A stretch of DNA of 63,788 bases, filler included, from Licmophora abbreviata (lineage: Eukaryota), in the NCBI GenBank assembly GCA_900291995.1. It is 25 parts of 25 records of this genome, joined end to end, with 100 filler letters (N's around TTAATTAATTAA, not from the genome) between each part and the next. Parts side by side here need not be neighbours in the genome. Positions count along the whole stretch, not along the records: positions 18,967 to 21,941 come from OLMU01006252.1; positions 22,042 to 23,372 come from OLMU01006253.1; positions 23,473 to 26,368 come from OLMU01006254.1; positions 26,469 to 27,564 come from OLMU01006255.1; positions 27,665 to 28,706 come from OLMU01006256.1; positions 28,807 to 30,427 come from OLMU01006260.1; positions 30,528 to 32,185 come from OLMU01006262.1; 18 more parts are not named here. One strand, given 5' to 3'. The position numbers and the translations under genes were made by a program. Shown here piece after piece: positions 19,965 to 32,285 of this stretch. The notes under the pieces are model-generated. The model was given only the letters and a program-made list of their open reading frames with translations, ran no database searches and was not told the DNA's origin. Numbering within the stretch: position 1 is the first letter of the stretch; every line of letters begins with the position of its first letter.

Positions 19965-21941
19965 TTAGTTCAGCACATGACCGACGGACGAGAGTGCTCT
20001 TGTCGAGCCTCGAATACTGCTTTGGCCTCTCGCGTCATCTTTTCTTTTTACTCCACCCCGTGCCGTATCCGCATCATTCCTTGGGTTGCGTTTGGCACCA
20101 CTGCATTTCACATTCTGTCCACCAAGGAAGAGGGTTTCGGTTGTCGATATCATACGTTCTCCCTCCACGGCAGAGCCACCTGCAATGTGCACTTGATTAC
20201 ATTCACACGAAAATGCTACGCCGGTACCATGTCTCCCGATCACTAGTTCGGGGTACGACGTCCATGATGTACCATCGAAGACGTCTACATAGGGCCATGC
20301 TACTCCAAAGCCTTCTCCACCTGCTACCATCAGCTTGCCGTCGCAAGTTTGGCCGAACGCAGACCCCGCCCTTCCTTGCGGGATACTTGCCTCGACGCTC
20401 CATTTCTTCGTAGCAAAATCATAACAGTCTGTCGGCAGTACAGTCGCGTCGAAAAATTCTTCCACGCCGCCGTCTCTTCCTGCAGCAACACACATAGTGT
20501 CACCGATGACTGCTGCGCCCGTATGATCGCGAGCATTGGGCGCCGAAGGCAATGCAGTCCACGAGTCATTGGCAATGTTGTACTTGTCTAACAGCTTGAG
20601 CGAGGTCGCTTGCACGCCATGCCCGCCCCTATTGCCGTGCGAAACGTAAATCTCGCCCTTGTAATGCACAGCTGCAGCTGACCCACGCCTTCTTGTTGAC
20701 GACAATCCTCGTCTTGAACTATCCCAGGTATTCGTCGATGTGTCGTAGACATATATCCTATCGACATTTTGCTCAGTGGGGAACGAACCGGTCCACGCAC
20801 TCGCAATCCATACCTGAGCATCAACGACTACGCATTGCATATGGTGAATCTCAACTCCTGGCCCTGTCATTTGTGTCCATCTCTGTGTTGACGGGTCATA
20901 CACATCCACGGGTAAGACTCCCCTTCCTCCGATCAAGTACATTAGACCTCCAACATTGACGAAACAAGCCTCCACTCGGGCCGACGGGGCCGTTGAAGCT
21001 GTGTCGACGGCAAGCCAAGTCGGGAGCACAGGTGGGATGGGAGAAACTTCACCCACTTTAATGACCGACAGGAACGGATTGTCTGCTGACCCTTTGATGA
21101 GGTTGACGCTTATGTCGCCGGACGCTGACGCCTGAACGTTCCGGAACACCACATCGTATTTTCTGAAACATCCCGCTGACGCAAAAACATCTATATCCAA
21201 TATCGTGATTCCATTGACAGTCGCCGAAAAGACCCGTTTCCCTATTCCGCAGTTTGGTGAAAAGGCTTCGGCGAATCCAAGGATGACGTCGCACTTCTTC
21301 CCGGGGTCCACTTGAATACTATATTCGAAATCTGAAGACGACCAGATGTGACTGGCGTATGGTACGTCCGAGTTGCTACCGACGATAGCAGTGCCAGAGC
21401 CATCAAAAGTGACTACATTTCCCACGATGCTCGTAGGGTTGGGAGAGTCGTAGCCTGGTATCGCCGACTGAGAGCCAAATGAAATCTGTGTTGACGGCTC
21501 CACGGTTGGAGGCGCAGTCTGGATCGGCGGGTGTGTCACTGGTTGCGCTGTTGGTCGAGCAGTTGGTCCTTCAGTCCAGATGAAGCCGCCAGGATCTACA
21601 GTTGGCTCTGGTGTCGGCGCTGGTGTAGGTTGGGGTGTCGGTCCTTCAGTCCAAGTGAAACCGCCTGGGTCCACAGTTGGCTTCATGGTCGGGAAAGGCG
21701 TTGGCTGAGCAGTGGGAGGCGCGGTTGCAGCGCTATCTTGCAAGACAGTCAATGTCAGAGATAGTGAGTTTTGAGCAGTTCCTCTCCCACTCGGCAAACT
21801 AAATATTGTCGCTTTAATACTCTGTGATCCTGTTTTTGGTACCCAAGAGTAGAAATCACCTCCCACATCCCCAGCGAGTGCGTATGGAGGGGACGTTTCT
21901 GTACTGAAGCCGGTACCATCGACTTCAAACACTACACTTCC
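19965..21941 (-). CDS. Malectin + Kelch-repeat protein, C-terminal part
   Basis: PT-rich linker, LGFAE..C..GKRVFS malectin-like domain, Kelch repeats (YLIGGRG, HHMQCV, RDHTG, GRHGTG). Confidence 0.8.
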   Translation of the reverse strand, partial: GSVVFEVDGTGFSTETSPPYALAGDVGGDFYSWVPKTGSQSIKATIFSLPSGRGTAQNSLSLTLTVLQDSAATAPPTAQPTPFPTMKPTVDPGGFTWTEGPTPQPTPAPTPEPTVDPGGFIWTEGPTARPTAQPVTHPPIQTAPPTVEPSTQISFGSQSAIPGYDSPNPTSIVGNVVTFDGSGTAIVGSNSDVPYASHIWSSSDFEYSIQVDPGKKCDVILGFAEAFSPNCGIGKRVFSATVNGITILDIDVFASAGCFRKYDVVFRNVQASASGDISVNLIKGSADNPFLSVIKVGEVSPIPPVLPTWLAVDTASTAPSARVEACFVNVGGLMYLIGGRGVLPVDVYDPSTQRWTQMTGPGVEIHHMQCVVVDAQVWIASAWTGSFPTEQNVDRIYVYDTSTNTWDSSRRGLSSTRRRGSAAAVHYKGEIYVSHGNRGGHGVQATSLKLLDKYNIANDSWTALPSAPNARDHTGAAVIGDTMCVAAGRDGGVEEFFDATVLPTDCYDFATKKWSVEASIPQGRAGSAFGQTCDGKLMVAGGEGFGVAWPYVDVFDGTSWTSYPELVIGRHGTGVAFSCECNQVHIAGGSAVEGERMISTTETLFLGGQNVKCSGAKRNPRNDADTARGGVKRKDDARGQSSIRGSTRALSSVGHVLN

Positions 21942-22041
21942 NNNNNNNNNNNNNNNNNNNNNNNNNNNNNNNNNNNNNNNNNNNNTTAATTAATTAANNN
22001 NNNNNNNNNNNNNNNNNNNNNNNNNNNNNNNNNNNNNNNNN

Positions 22042-23372
22042 GTTTCTGCTCGAATATTGATGGCGGGTAGCTCTGATAGGACAAGTGTGTCGCCGTCGGT
22101 GAGATCCCTCAAGTCAAGGTTATTATTGGCGTTCACCAATTTCATGCTTGTGACTGAGGGACCCACGCTTGGTGTTGTGGGCTGGGGTGTTGATGGTTGA
22201 ATTACTGGCTGTGGCGTGGGCACCGGCGTCGTTGACTGTACCACTGGCTGAGGGGTTGGGATAGGTGTTTGCCCGGCAGTTGTTGGTTGAGGTGTCGCGC
22301 CACTGCTTGATGGAGATACTTCAATAATGGACAAGAAGGGGTTCTCAACACCTTTCATCAGCTCCACGACGATATTCCCAGTGCCGGACGCCAGAACATT
22401 TCTGAAAGTCTCTTTGTACGCTTTCGTACACCCTCCGGCGAGAGCATAAACATCGATTCCATTTAGAAGCCGATTGTTGACTGAAGCAGCGAACACTCTC
22501 GCCCCGTCTACACAGTTGGGCTCATACGATTCTGCCCAGCCAAGAGTGACGTCGTACCTCTGGCCAGGCGTTAGCTTCAGTGCGTATTTCAGGGAGGCGT
22601 CGGGCGTCCAGACGTGGCTCTCGTAGGCCAAATCCGCGGTGGTACCACTGATCGCGTCTCCTCGACCGGCGAAGTTGAAGTAATTGCCGTCGAATTGTCC
22701 GTCAACTGCGGGACTATAACCGTTTGTGCCACTCGTGCGACCAAGGTTGATCTTGAGAAACTCACTCCCTGGCGTCGGTGCTGGAGTCGCTGGCGGAGGC
22801 GAAGGCATCGGTGTTTGCCCTGCAGACGTTGGTTGTGGAGAGGAAGCACCGGCCGAAGGAGTCACTTCTATCACCGACAGGAATGGATTCTCAACACCTT
22901 TCGTCAGCTCCACGACGATATTCCCAGTGCCGGACGCCAGAACATTTCTGAAAGTCTCTTTGTACGCCTTCTTGCACTCTCCGGCGAGAGCATAAACATC
23001 GATACTAGGTATCGATTTGTCGCCGACCGATACCGCGAATACTCTCGCCCCGTCTACACAGTTGGGCTCATACGATTCTGCCCAGCCAAGAGTGACGTCG
23101 TACCTCTGGCCAGGCGTTAGCTTCAGTGCGTATTTCAGGGAGGCGTCGGGCGTCCAGACATGGCTCTCGTAGGCCAAATCCGCGGTAGTACCGCTGATCG
23201 CTTCCCCGCCGCCGACGAAGTTGAAGTAATTGCCGTCGAATTGTCCGTCAACTGCGGGACTATAACCGCTTGTGCACTCGTACTTCCAAAGCTTATCTCA
23301 ATTTCTTCCATCCCTGGCGAGGGTGTTGGTGGGGCGGTTGGGATGGGTGTTGGTGATGCTGTACCGCTGGAG
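22042..23372 (-). CDS. Tandem malectin-like domains (middle of the same large gene)
   Basis: Two near-identical YDVTLGWAESYEPNCVDGARVF...ENPFLS domains with PT linkers; 1-nt frameshift near 23277. Confidence 0.75.
22326..23270. repeat. Near-identical direct repeat, period 546 nt
   Basis: e.g. TGGCCAGGCGTTAGCTTCAGTGCGTATTTCAGGGAGG at 22561 and 23107. Confidence 0.9.
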
Positions 23373-23472
23373 NNNNNNNNNNNNNNNNNNNNNNNNNNNN
23401 NNNNNNNNNNNNNNNNTTAATTAATTAANNNNNNNNNNNNNNNNNNNNNNNNNNNNNNNNNNNNNNNNNNNN

Positions 23473-23881
23473 CATCAATATCGCGCTCAGTCTGCGAGCC
23501 CACAGATGCAGAAAAGACACGCCTGCCGTCTACACAGTTGGGCTCATACGATTCTGCCCAGCCGAGAGTGACGTCGTACTGTCGACTTTCTGGCTCGTCA
23601 AGACTTATCGTGAACTGCAATACTTCGCTTTTTGCCCACATGTGACTGGCATATGCTAGTTGAGCGCCTGTGCCGGCCACAAGAACACCATTTCCGCTGA
23701 AGTATTCAAACTCCCCCTCCGAAGTTGCCAGTACGGCTGGTTGATACCCGCCCGTTGGCTCGCTTGTTCCAAAGCTGAACTTGCGAACGCCGTTATTAGC
23801 AGAAACGACCTCTAACCGACTACTCAAGAAGGCAAGCCAACAGAAGCAGCAAGCTCCACCAAAGATTGGGCCCCTCCACAT
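23473..23881 (-). CDS. Signal peptide + first malectin-like domain (probable 5' end of the same gene)
   Basis: MWRGPIFGG... hydrophobic leader, then YDVTLGWAESYEPNCVDG almost identical at DNA level to the downstream copies. Confidence 0.65.
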
Positions 23882-24622
23882 TGACACAGGCTTGGTTCGC
23901 AAACAGATGTAACAATCACTCACGAAAGCACTCGAATAAGGTCGTTGGCTGGCAATGAAACGAAGCTGGTCGTTCTCTTTTGATTAAGTCATACAAAGGG
24001 ATGTAGTAGCTGGCCGATCAGAGACTTATGATGGAGGGGATTTGAAGGGGACGTGAATGCGCGTGATGCGGACTGGTGACTGTAGTTTTTGTTGCGCGAT
24101 TGCTTCCGTGAGTCACAAAACTCCATGAACTTGCCCAAGCCGACGGCATCTTCTTTCTGACATTTTCAGAGATAACAGATAACACAAAGACAAACAAGGA
24201 CATTTCGATATTCGCTATGACTGATTCGATCTCACGCGCGACTGACTCCGACTTATACCTCACAGTCATGAAAGACCTAAGCATTGCATATGTTATGGAA
24301 CTTGTTGGCGTGCTATCAGCCCCAGAGATTTAAGCATGCGAATAGTGGGTCATCGAGTGTGTCACGTGAGGTGTAGCTTGCATCACGCAGAATCCCCAAA
24401 AGCGTGTTCAATTCACCTGGATCGTGATGTCGATCCGTGATTACTGTAATCTAGTGTTTGAGACGGTTTTTTTTGTAGTGAAGAAGATGCTTCTGTTACG
24501 GTGGACCTACTAGCTAGCAAACAGGCAGCGCTCTAGTCTCAAATTCCATTGGTAACCTTTCCACCTCCATTGCATGGAGTCGTTACTCTTTACATGGAGG
24601 CGGCGCTTGCACAGTGTCAACA

Positions 24623-26368
24623 TCAGGATTCATCTGGTGGATTGGACTGGACAACCGCTCGTGCTTCGTCTACATGCGTTTCTACCCCCCTTTCATTGCC
24701 AGCACGACTAGGTCCCGAGCGATTGCGACTCGATAGCCCTTCGCTATCCGACCTCCCTTCCCGTGGGGGCGTTGACGAGCCCCTAGGTGAACGACCCGAC
24801 GGATCACCAATAGGTAAACGTCCGTCCCGCTTCTGCTCTCCTGACCTCCCGCCCGGAGTGTCGGGCTGTTTGTCGTTCGCACCTGGTAAGATCTGCCGGG
24901 CGTTGTTGCTGGCTTGTGGGGACGTCCCTGCAAGGTATACCGCCAGCGTCGATAGAAACGGATTCTCCACGGGACCTTTGATTAGCTCTACGCCCAAAGA
25001 CCCACCCGAAACGTCTCGAAACGCAAGTGTGTACATCATCCGACATCCCACTTCGGCGTGTACATCGATGTCGGTCGCTGTGTAACCGCCCACAGCAACA
25101 GAGAAGACGCGAGCACCATCGACACAATTGGGCTCATACGATTCAGCAAAGCCCAAAACAATGTCATATTCTTCATTCGAGTCCAGTTCAAGCGTGTACG
25201 TGACAGACTGCTCGGGGGTCCAGATATGAGCTGCAAAAGCGCGATCGACATCCGTACCCCCGATGTCAATACCGCTTCCCGAGAATGATGAATAGCTACC
25301 ATCGAAGCTGGATGCTGTTGCTGGCTGGTAGTCTCCCACCCATTGATTGACGCCAAACTGAATCTTGAGGATTGAATCATCGGTGTTGGTTGTTGGCTGT
25401 TGCGTCGGTAGCACAAATGCGCCAGAATCGGACCCTGAATCTGTTGAAGATTCAGCTGCCTCAAGCAGGGAGAGAAACACATTTTCTACATCTCCCTTTA
25501 TCAAGCTGACTTTGACGTGTCCATTGGCGTCGGCGCGAACGTTATTGAAGTGCATGTCATATGCGGTTCGGCAGCCACCGCTTAGCGCAAATATATCAAT
25601 GTCGTCGACCGTATCACCATTAACTGACACCGAGAATACACGAGCACCGACCACACAGTTCGGCGTGTAAGATTCTGCCCAGCCGAGTTTGACGTCGTAC
25701 TCTCCGTTCGGTTCTAGTTCAAGCGTGTACGAGAGCTCCTGACCGCGGAACCATACATGACTAGCATACGCCACATCCTCGTCTGTGTCGTCAATTGAGA
25801 TTCCGTTGCCCGGAAAAAATACAAAGGAGCTGTCGCTGAATCCGGAGATCAATGGAGCATTGTAGCTACCCGCAACACCGTAGCGCCCAAAATTTGTTCT
25901 CGTTACCGGATAAGTGACCGGAGGCTGCGTTGTAGTCGAGCCTGAGCTGGGGGTGGTGACTTCCAATAACGCAAGGAAGGGATTTTCTGTCTCTTTCGTA
26001 AGTGTCACGGCCAAGTCGCCATTAGCGTCGGCCTGTACATTATAAAATGACTTTTTCAGTGGCGTTTTACAGCCGACTAGTGAAAATACATCGATGTGTG
26101 AGATTGTCTGGTCGCCTACTTTTGCAGAAAACACACGGGCCCCATGGACGCAGTTGGGTCCATACGCTTCAGCCCATCCGAGATGAACGTCATACGTTTC
26201 GTTTGGCTCGAGACGTAACGTATATACAAGAGCGTCTGCTTTGAACCAAAGGTGACTTGCATATGCATCACTAGAGTCGGTTTCGGAAATGGTGACTCCA
26301 TTGCCTGTGAAATTGTGGAAGCTTGTGGAAAAGTCCGTCCAGAGTGGCGCTTCATATGCACTGACTCC
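24623..26368 (-). CDS. Second multi-malectin protein (at least 3 domains), 5' truncated, frameshift near 26140
   Basis: Repeated W/F-AESYxPNCVxGARVFS and ENPFLS motifs. Confidence 0.75.
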   Translation of the reverse strand, partial: GVSAYEAPLWTDFSTSFHNFTGNGVTISETDSSDAYASHLWFKADALVYTLRLEPNETYDVHLGWAEAYGPNCVHGARVFSAKVGDQTISHIDVFSLVGCKTPLKKSFYNVQADANGDLAVTLTKETENPFLALLEVTTPSSGSTTTQPPVTYPVTRTNFGRYGVAGSYNAPLISGFSDSSFVFFPGNGISIDDTDEDVAYASHVWFRGQELSYTLELEPNGEYDVKLGWAESYTPNCVVGARVFSVSVNGDTVDDIDIFALSGGCRTAYDMHFNNVRADANGHVKVSLIKGDVENVFLSLLEAAESSTDSGSDSGAFVLPTQQPTTNTDDSILKIQFGVNQWVGDYQPATASSFDGSYSSFSGSGIDIGGTDVDRAFAAHIWTPEQSVTYTLELDSNEEYDIVLGFAESYEPNCVDGARVFSVAVGGYTATDIDVHAEVGCRMMYTLAFRDVSGGSLGVELIKGPVENPFLSTLAVYLAGTSPQASNNARQILPGANDKQPDTPGGRSGEQKRDGRLPIGDPSGRSPRGSSTPPREGRSDSEGLSSRNRSGPSRAGNERGVETHVDEARAVVQSNPPDES

Positions 26369-26468
26369 NNNNNNNNNNNNNNNNNNNNNNNNNNNNNNNN
26401 NNNNNNNNNNNNTTAATTAATTAANNNNNNNNNNNNNNNNNNNNNNNNNNNNNNNNNNNNNNNNNNNN

Positions 26469-27432
26469 ACTGGTTTGTAATTTTTCTGAATAGATTTTTA
26501 AATTAACTTTTTTTAATTAGCTCTAGTTGGAGTCTTAAATTACATTCTGTAGCAAGTTGTTCAGCTAACTTTGAATCTTCTGCAGTGTTATCCTTTACAA
26601 TTTTTGGTAAATCTTTTTTTACTTTTTTACTTTTTGTAGAAAAAAAATATTTAGTTTTCATTAGCCTCTCTTTTTGCAAATCGTTTAAAAACTCGGCTTT
26701 AGATTTAAACCGTATTGAATCTGAACCTGCGGTCTTACTACCTGGCGTAGTTTTTATAGAATTTACTGCATAAACAGCAATAGAAAATGATTCTATTAAT
26801 AAACACTGAAGTCTAGCTAAATCGTTTGGTAAATTTTGTTGTGTGACTCGTTTGTTTAAACGATTAAGGTTAATAATTAATAATTTTGTTACAACTACAT
26901 TATACTCTTCCAAAATAGACTCAATTTTTTCTAGATTTTGTTTATTAAATATATTAGATTGTAATGTAGAATTAGTGTACTGGCTCATTAAAAACGCATC
27001 GTTCTTTTTGATTTTCTCAACCCATTGTTCGACTGATCGACCATCAATTGTAACTTCTCTAGCACATTTTCGTTCAAATTGCATATAACGATTTTTTAAA
27101 TTAGCTTTCACACTGAAAGATCGGTAAATGAACTTATTAGTACTTCCGCCAGGTTTTAGTTGATAAGATGAAATAAAACTTTTATTTATTAGACTCAAAT
27201 TCTTTAGCTTGGAGACATACTTACTCCTGTTAAAAAAGATTTTAGAAGCTGAGATGTCATCGCACAAACGCCTTCCACTTTTATGCCTACAGCGACTCAT
27301 ATATAGCCATTTTAAACTTGTTTCTGTACGTAGACTAATAAATATTTCACACCACCCACTGAGATTAGGGCTTTTTACAATCGACATTTTCGGTGTTTTT
27401 ATTTTATAACTAGAGCAAACCAGGTTTCTCTC
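26469..27432 (-). mobile_element. Intron in cox1 with in-frame ORF resembling the N-terminus (RT0) of a group II intron RT/maturase
   Basis: Frame continues from the cox1 exon; [20 protein letters not shown] resembles RT0; AT-rich. Confidence 0.6.
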
Positions 27433-27564
27433 AAAGGCCATATCAGGAGCTCCGATCATTAAAGGAACAAACCAGTTACCAAAGCCTCCTATCAAAGTAG
27501 GCATTACCATAAAAAAAATCATAACAAAAGCATGGCCTGTTACGATAACATTATACAGGTGGTG
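27433..27564 (-). CDS. cox1: Mitochondrial-type cytochrome c oxidase subunit 1 exon fragment
   Basis: [43 protein letters not shown]; Trp as TGG. Confidence 0.95.
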
Positions 27565-27664
27565 NNNNNNNNNNNNNNNNNNNNNNNNNNNNNNNNNNNN
27601 NNNNNNNNTTAATTAATTAANNNNNNNNNNNNNNNNNNNNNNNNNNNNNNNNNNNNNNNNNNNN

Positions 27665-28706
27665 AACTTTACCAGCAGCAACGTGCGTAACCTCACCTCC
27701 CGTCAACGTTAACTTAAGATCAGACTTAACGAAGGTGATAAGTCTATCCTTAATTTTCATAACCATTTCTTTAGTACCAGCAATACCGAGTAAAAAATCA
27801 TCGGCATATCGAACGTATCTAACCCTAATAAAATTTGGATCATTCCAATCAGTCAAAGTCTTACCAAGTTTCCTTCGATAAGCACGGTGCTTAGACACAA
27901 TAGCCGCTTGTCTCTGGGGCGATAGTTTTTTAAACTCATTAGACCTATACACACGCCGTTCAGCATTAGAGACGTCCGCGAATAAACGCCTTTTCTTACC
28001 CTGCTTATAGTCCTTGATAATTAGGTCAACTTCCAAGTCAAGTTTGTGTAGGTAAATATTACATAAAATCGGAGACAAAACTGAACCCTGAGATACTCCC
28101 TCGGAAGGGTCAGGGCCTCCTTCTCTCCACCCAATCACCCCGGCATTAAATAATTTAAAAATCAGATCAATAAAACGTTGATCCGCGATGTTTTCCTTTA
28201 AGATACTAATTAACCTATATCTGTCGATACTATCAAAACATTTTTCAACATCAAACTCTAAAAACCATGAAATCCCAGTCCAATTCATACGTATTTGCTC
28301 AAGTGCCGAATGACACCCTCGACTAGGTCTAAAACCATGCGACGTGTTAAGAAATTGACCATCATAAATCTCTTCAAGAACCTTTTTTATAGCCTGCTGC
28401 ACAATATTATCCCTAGAGTTACTAATAGCCAAGGGTCTAAACCCTGGTTTATTTGGTTTCGGAATTATAACTCTACGTGCCGGCTTAAACTTATACGAAC
28501 CTTTTAAAAGCCTTTCCGAAGTTTTAACAAACCATTCTTCCTTCAAACCATTCAAGGTTTCATAACCCGACCCTTTTGTCATGACACCAGGATAGGACTT
28601 AATGCGTTGGTATGTGCTTTGTAAAAAATCTACATCTGACAATACTTCAATCAAGTTAACGAATTTATCATTATGTTTTTTTAATTTTCTGAAATTATGA
28701 AACCCC
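27665..28706 (-). mobile_element. Group II intron reverse transcriptase fragment
   Basis: RRVIIPKPNK..RPL, SHGFRPSRGCHSAL, FDVEKCFD, QGSVLSPILCNIYLH, YVRYADDF. Confidence 0.95.
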
Positions 28707-28806
28707 NNNNNNNNNNNNNNNNNNNNNNNNNNNNNNNNNNNNNNNNNNNNTTAATTAATTAANNNNNNNNNNNNNNNNNNNNNNNNNNNNNNNNNNNNNN
28801 NNNNNN

Positions 28807-30376
28807 AGAATCCTGGCAATACCAAATATGAACATATTTGGCAACCTTTGGCGAATTTTTAACGTATTGCAGGGCTCGAGGTTGCCATTTTTTTCCATTT
28901 GGATTTACTTTATCTAGACCTAAAAAATTATATGCTACCCATTTTGGTCGTAATAAACCATTATATCGAAATTTCTTAACCAAAATTTTCCTTAAATATT
29001 TAAAAACATAATTATCAACTCGTTTCCATAAACACATCCTTGACTAAAATAATAATAAGATCCCCAGCCTAATAGCACAGAATTTATTTGCTGAAACGAT
29101 TTGTAAATTTCTTTACGAGGCTGATGAAGAATTCTTTTTATAACTACTTTTAATCGTTTTTTTATGTCTTTAACTTTTTCTGGACTGGGTCGAAGTATAA
29201 TACCGAAGCCTTTTATACCTTCTTTCAAGGAATGAAGGTTTTCATATTAGAAAGCAACGGACTTTTTTTGAGTTGATCCCTTGGCATAACTACAAATTCA
29301 AACCCTAAAAACTGAAATTTTATTTTGGATTTTATGCACACAAAGGATTTTGTTTTATCATTGTTCAACGACAAACCAATTTTTTTTAAATTTTTTCTTA
29401 ATTTGGTTAAATGACGGAAAAAAATCGCTTGATTATTCGCAATTAATATAATATCATCTGCATAAGAAAAAATATCGGCCCATACTTTTTGTCTGTCTTT
29501 TCCTCTTTCTTTTAACATGTTTTCAGGAAAAGCATTAGAAAGTAATAAATTTGCAATACTTGGGCCTAAAATAGAACTCTGAGGAACTCCCCGATTAACT
29601 TTACCTAAATTTTTAAAGTCACGATTTTTATCTATAAGATGCGGCGTTAGCCAGCGAGAAAGTAAAAAACCATAATTTTTTGGGAAAGGGTATTGTTCTA
29701 CAATTTGGTGATGAAAAAATTTATCAAAACATTTCTCAATGTCGACTGAACATAAGCACATTTGCTCTATATATTTAGCTCGATTTAGTTTGGCATAAAC
29801 ACAAGCAACAGCCATTCTAGCGTCTCGTCCCTTTCGATAAGCAAAAATTTCAGATTTTAATTCTTCTTCAATAAGTACATCTAAAAAATTTAAAAACATC
29901 CGTTGTAAAACTTTATCTACAGGCATGCTTATACCAAGTGATCTATTATCTCCGTTAGCTTTAGGTATTTCAACCATGACTATTTTGCATGGAGGTAATT
30001 CTGAAAGATTAATTAATTTAGTTTGTTTTAATAGAATAAATTTATGAGATTTTAATATAAGATCACTATAACCGACTTGACCATAACTACTTCTTTTGGA
30101 TTCATCAAAAACTTTATTAATCGAAAATATACGATTTCTAATATCAAATACATGAGAAGCTATAAATTCAAGTCGTTGCTCTCCCTTGCAAAGTAATATT
30201 TGATTTTGTATACTTTGAACGTAATCATTAATAGCCTTACGTTTATTAATACAATCAGTGGGCCACTTTTCACTTTTCAAATCTTCTAAAATTGAGTGTT
30301 TTAAACGCTCTGACTCTATCCTTACCGTAGAAGAGAATTCTCGAGACATAATTTTAGTTTTTACAAAAGAGTCCAA
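28807..30376 (-). mobile_element. Divergent group II intron RT + X domain, frameshifted
   Basis: VEIPKANG, FAYRKGR, DIEKCFD, GVPQSSILGP, SYADD, FLGF; continues in shifted frames (INSVLLGWGSYY). Confidence 0.85.
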
Positions 30377-30527
30377 TAGAAACCACGCCGGAAAAATTCC
30401 ATTGCATCTTCTTCGCAGTTTTAATAANNNNNNNNNNNNNNNNNNNNNNNNNNNNNNNNNNNNNNNNNNNNTTAATTAATTAANNNNNNNNNNNNNNNNN
30501 NNNNNNNNNNNNNNNNNNNNNNNNNNN

Positions 30528-32185
30528 GTTAAAAGCTTACCATAAACTTTTTTTTGTTAATCTTAATAATAGGTCTTATAGCCATTCGAGCACCTTCATT
30601 CAAAATATTTACCCTTGCAAGACTAGATTTCGACTCCATGAAAGTAATTCTATATTTTTCTGATAACTTTTCTTGTCGAGAATACAAAATTTTTACCATT
30701 GATAAAAGATTATCGCCGCTACTCGTTTTTTTGTACGGCAACCCTTTTTTACTCAAAACAAGGCATAACTTTTCCGCATCATTCAATTCAATAATTTCCG
30801 GACAATACGTAAGCTTTCTATCTTTTAAATATACCTCTACCTTAGATTTCCACGATTTTATAAATCCTCTAGCAGTAGTTGTAGCTACAGCACCATAATT
30901 TAGCAAATTTGAATGAATTCTACGTAGTATTTCAGGTCTATTTATTTCAATTTTCTTAACAACAGGATCTCTTTCTTTCATTATAATCTCGCATGTCTTT
31001 GGTACCTCTTCATAAATAATATTTTCAATCTCTCTTAATTTATTTCTAATTGGCAGCTTGCCTAATGGAGTCAAAGTTTCTTTTAAATTTTCTTTTTTGT
31101 CATCAGCTATTTCTTTATCTATCCATTTTAAAACCTTCTCGCGAGTTTTTTTTTTTATTTATTTGTAATATTCTGTTTGATTATTTTATTCTTTTTCTTC
31201 ACCCGCTTATAATTTTCTATTTCTCGTGAATTTCTATAAGGTAAATCAATAGCGTTTTTATTGAAAATTTCAAAACCTAAGAACTTTGCTTTCCCTGCAT
31301 AAGTATTCGTTATAAGAGTCTTATCCATATTTAATTTTAACTCTAAAACCGATGATAGAAAGTTTTTCGTTAGCTGACACACTTTTTCTGCGAATTCTTT
31401 AGATCCTCTCACACCAATAATAAAATCATCAGCATATCTCACATATTTAATTCGAATAAACTCTTCACTATCAACAACTCTTTTAATTCCTCTTTTCTCA
31501 ATTTGCCGTCTTCGTGATCGAGCGATTGTTTTTTTATATGTTGTGGCAGTCTTTTTTCATGTTCTTTAAGATCGATAAGCTTTCTATATTCTTTGTTAAT
31601 TATTGGTTTATCACCTTTTTTGTATTTCTTTATAATATCATTAATGACAACAATCTAACTGGTGTAAATATATATTGCAAAGTATTGGTGATAAAACATT
31701 TCCTTGCATTATTCCATTTTTTTTTTTTAACCTAAAATCCTTCTAAATTTAAAATGTCTACCTTGTACATCTGGAATATAAGATCCAAAAATCTTTTATC
31801 ACTAATTTTCTTTTTCAGAAGATTAATCAAAATATTTCTATTTATATCATCAAATGCTTTACTTACATCCGCTTCAATATACCAGGGTATTGCTGACCAT
31901 CCGTACTTAATCTGTCTCAATACTGTATGGCAACCTTTATTCGGTCTAAACCCGTGTGACACTTCTAGAAAAACTTCACCTTTTTCATAAATCATTTCTA
32001 ATACTAAAGCAATAGCTTTTTGAATAATCTTATCTCTACTGTTTGTAATTGTTATTATTCTTTTTTCATTACTGTTAGCTTTAGGTATATCTTTCATTCG
32101 AGCAGATTTAAATTTATATTGTGAACTTTTTATTAAATTAGCAGCTTTATTGAACCATTCAAAACTTATACCATCCAAAGTTTCG
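30528..32185 (-). mobile_element. Group II intron RT, multiply frameshifted
   Basis: SHGFRPNKGCH, EADVSKAFD, RYADDFIIG, FLGFEI in three frames, breaks in long A/T runs. Confidence 0.9.
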
Positions 32186-32285
32186 NNNNNNNNNNNNNNN
32201 NNNNNNNNNNNNNNNNNNNNNNNNNNNNNTTAATTAATTAANNNNNNNNNNNNNNNNNNNNNNNNNNNNNNNNNNNNNNNNNNNN

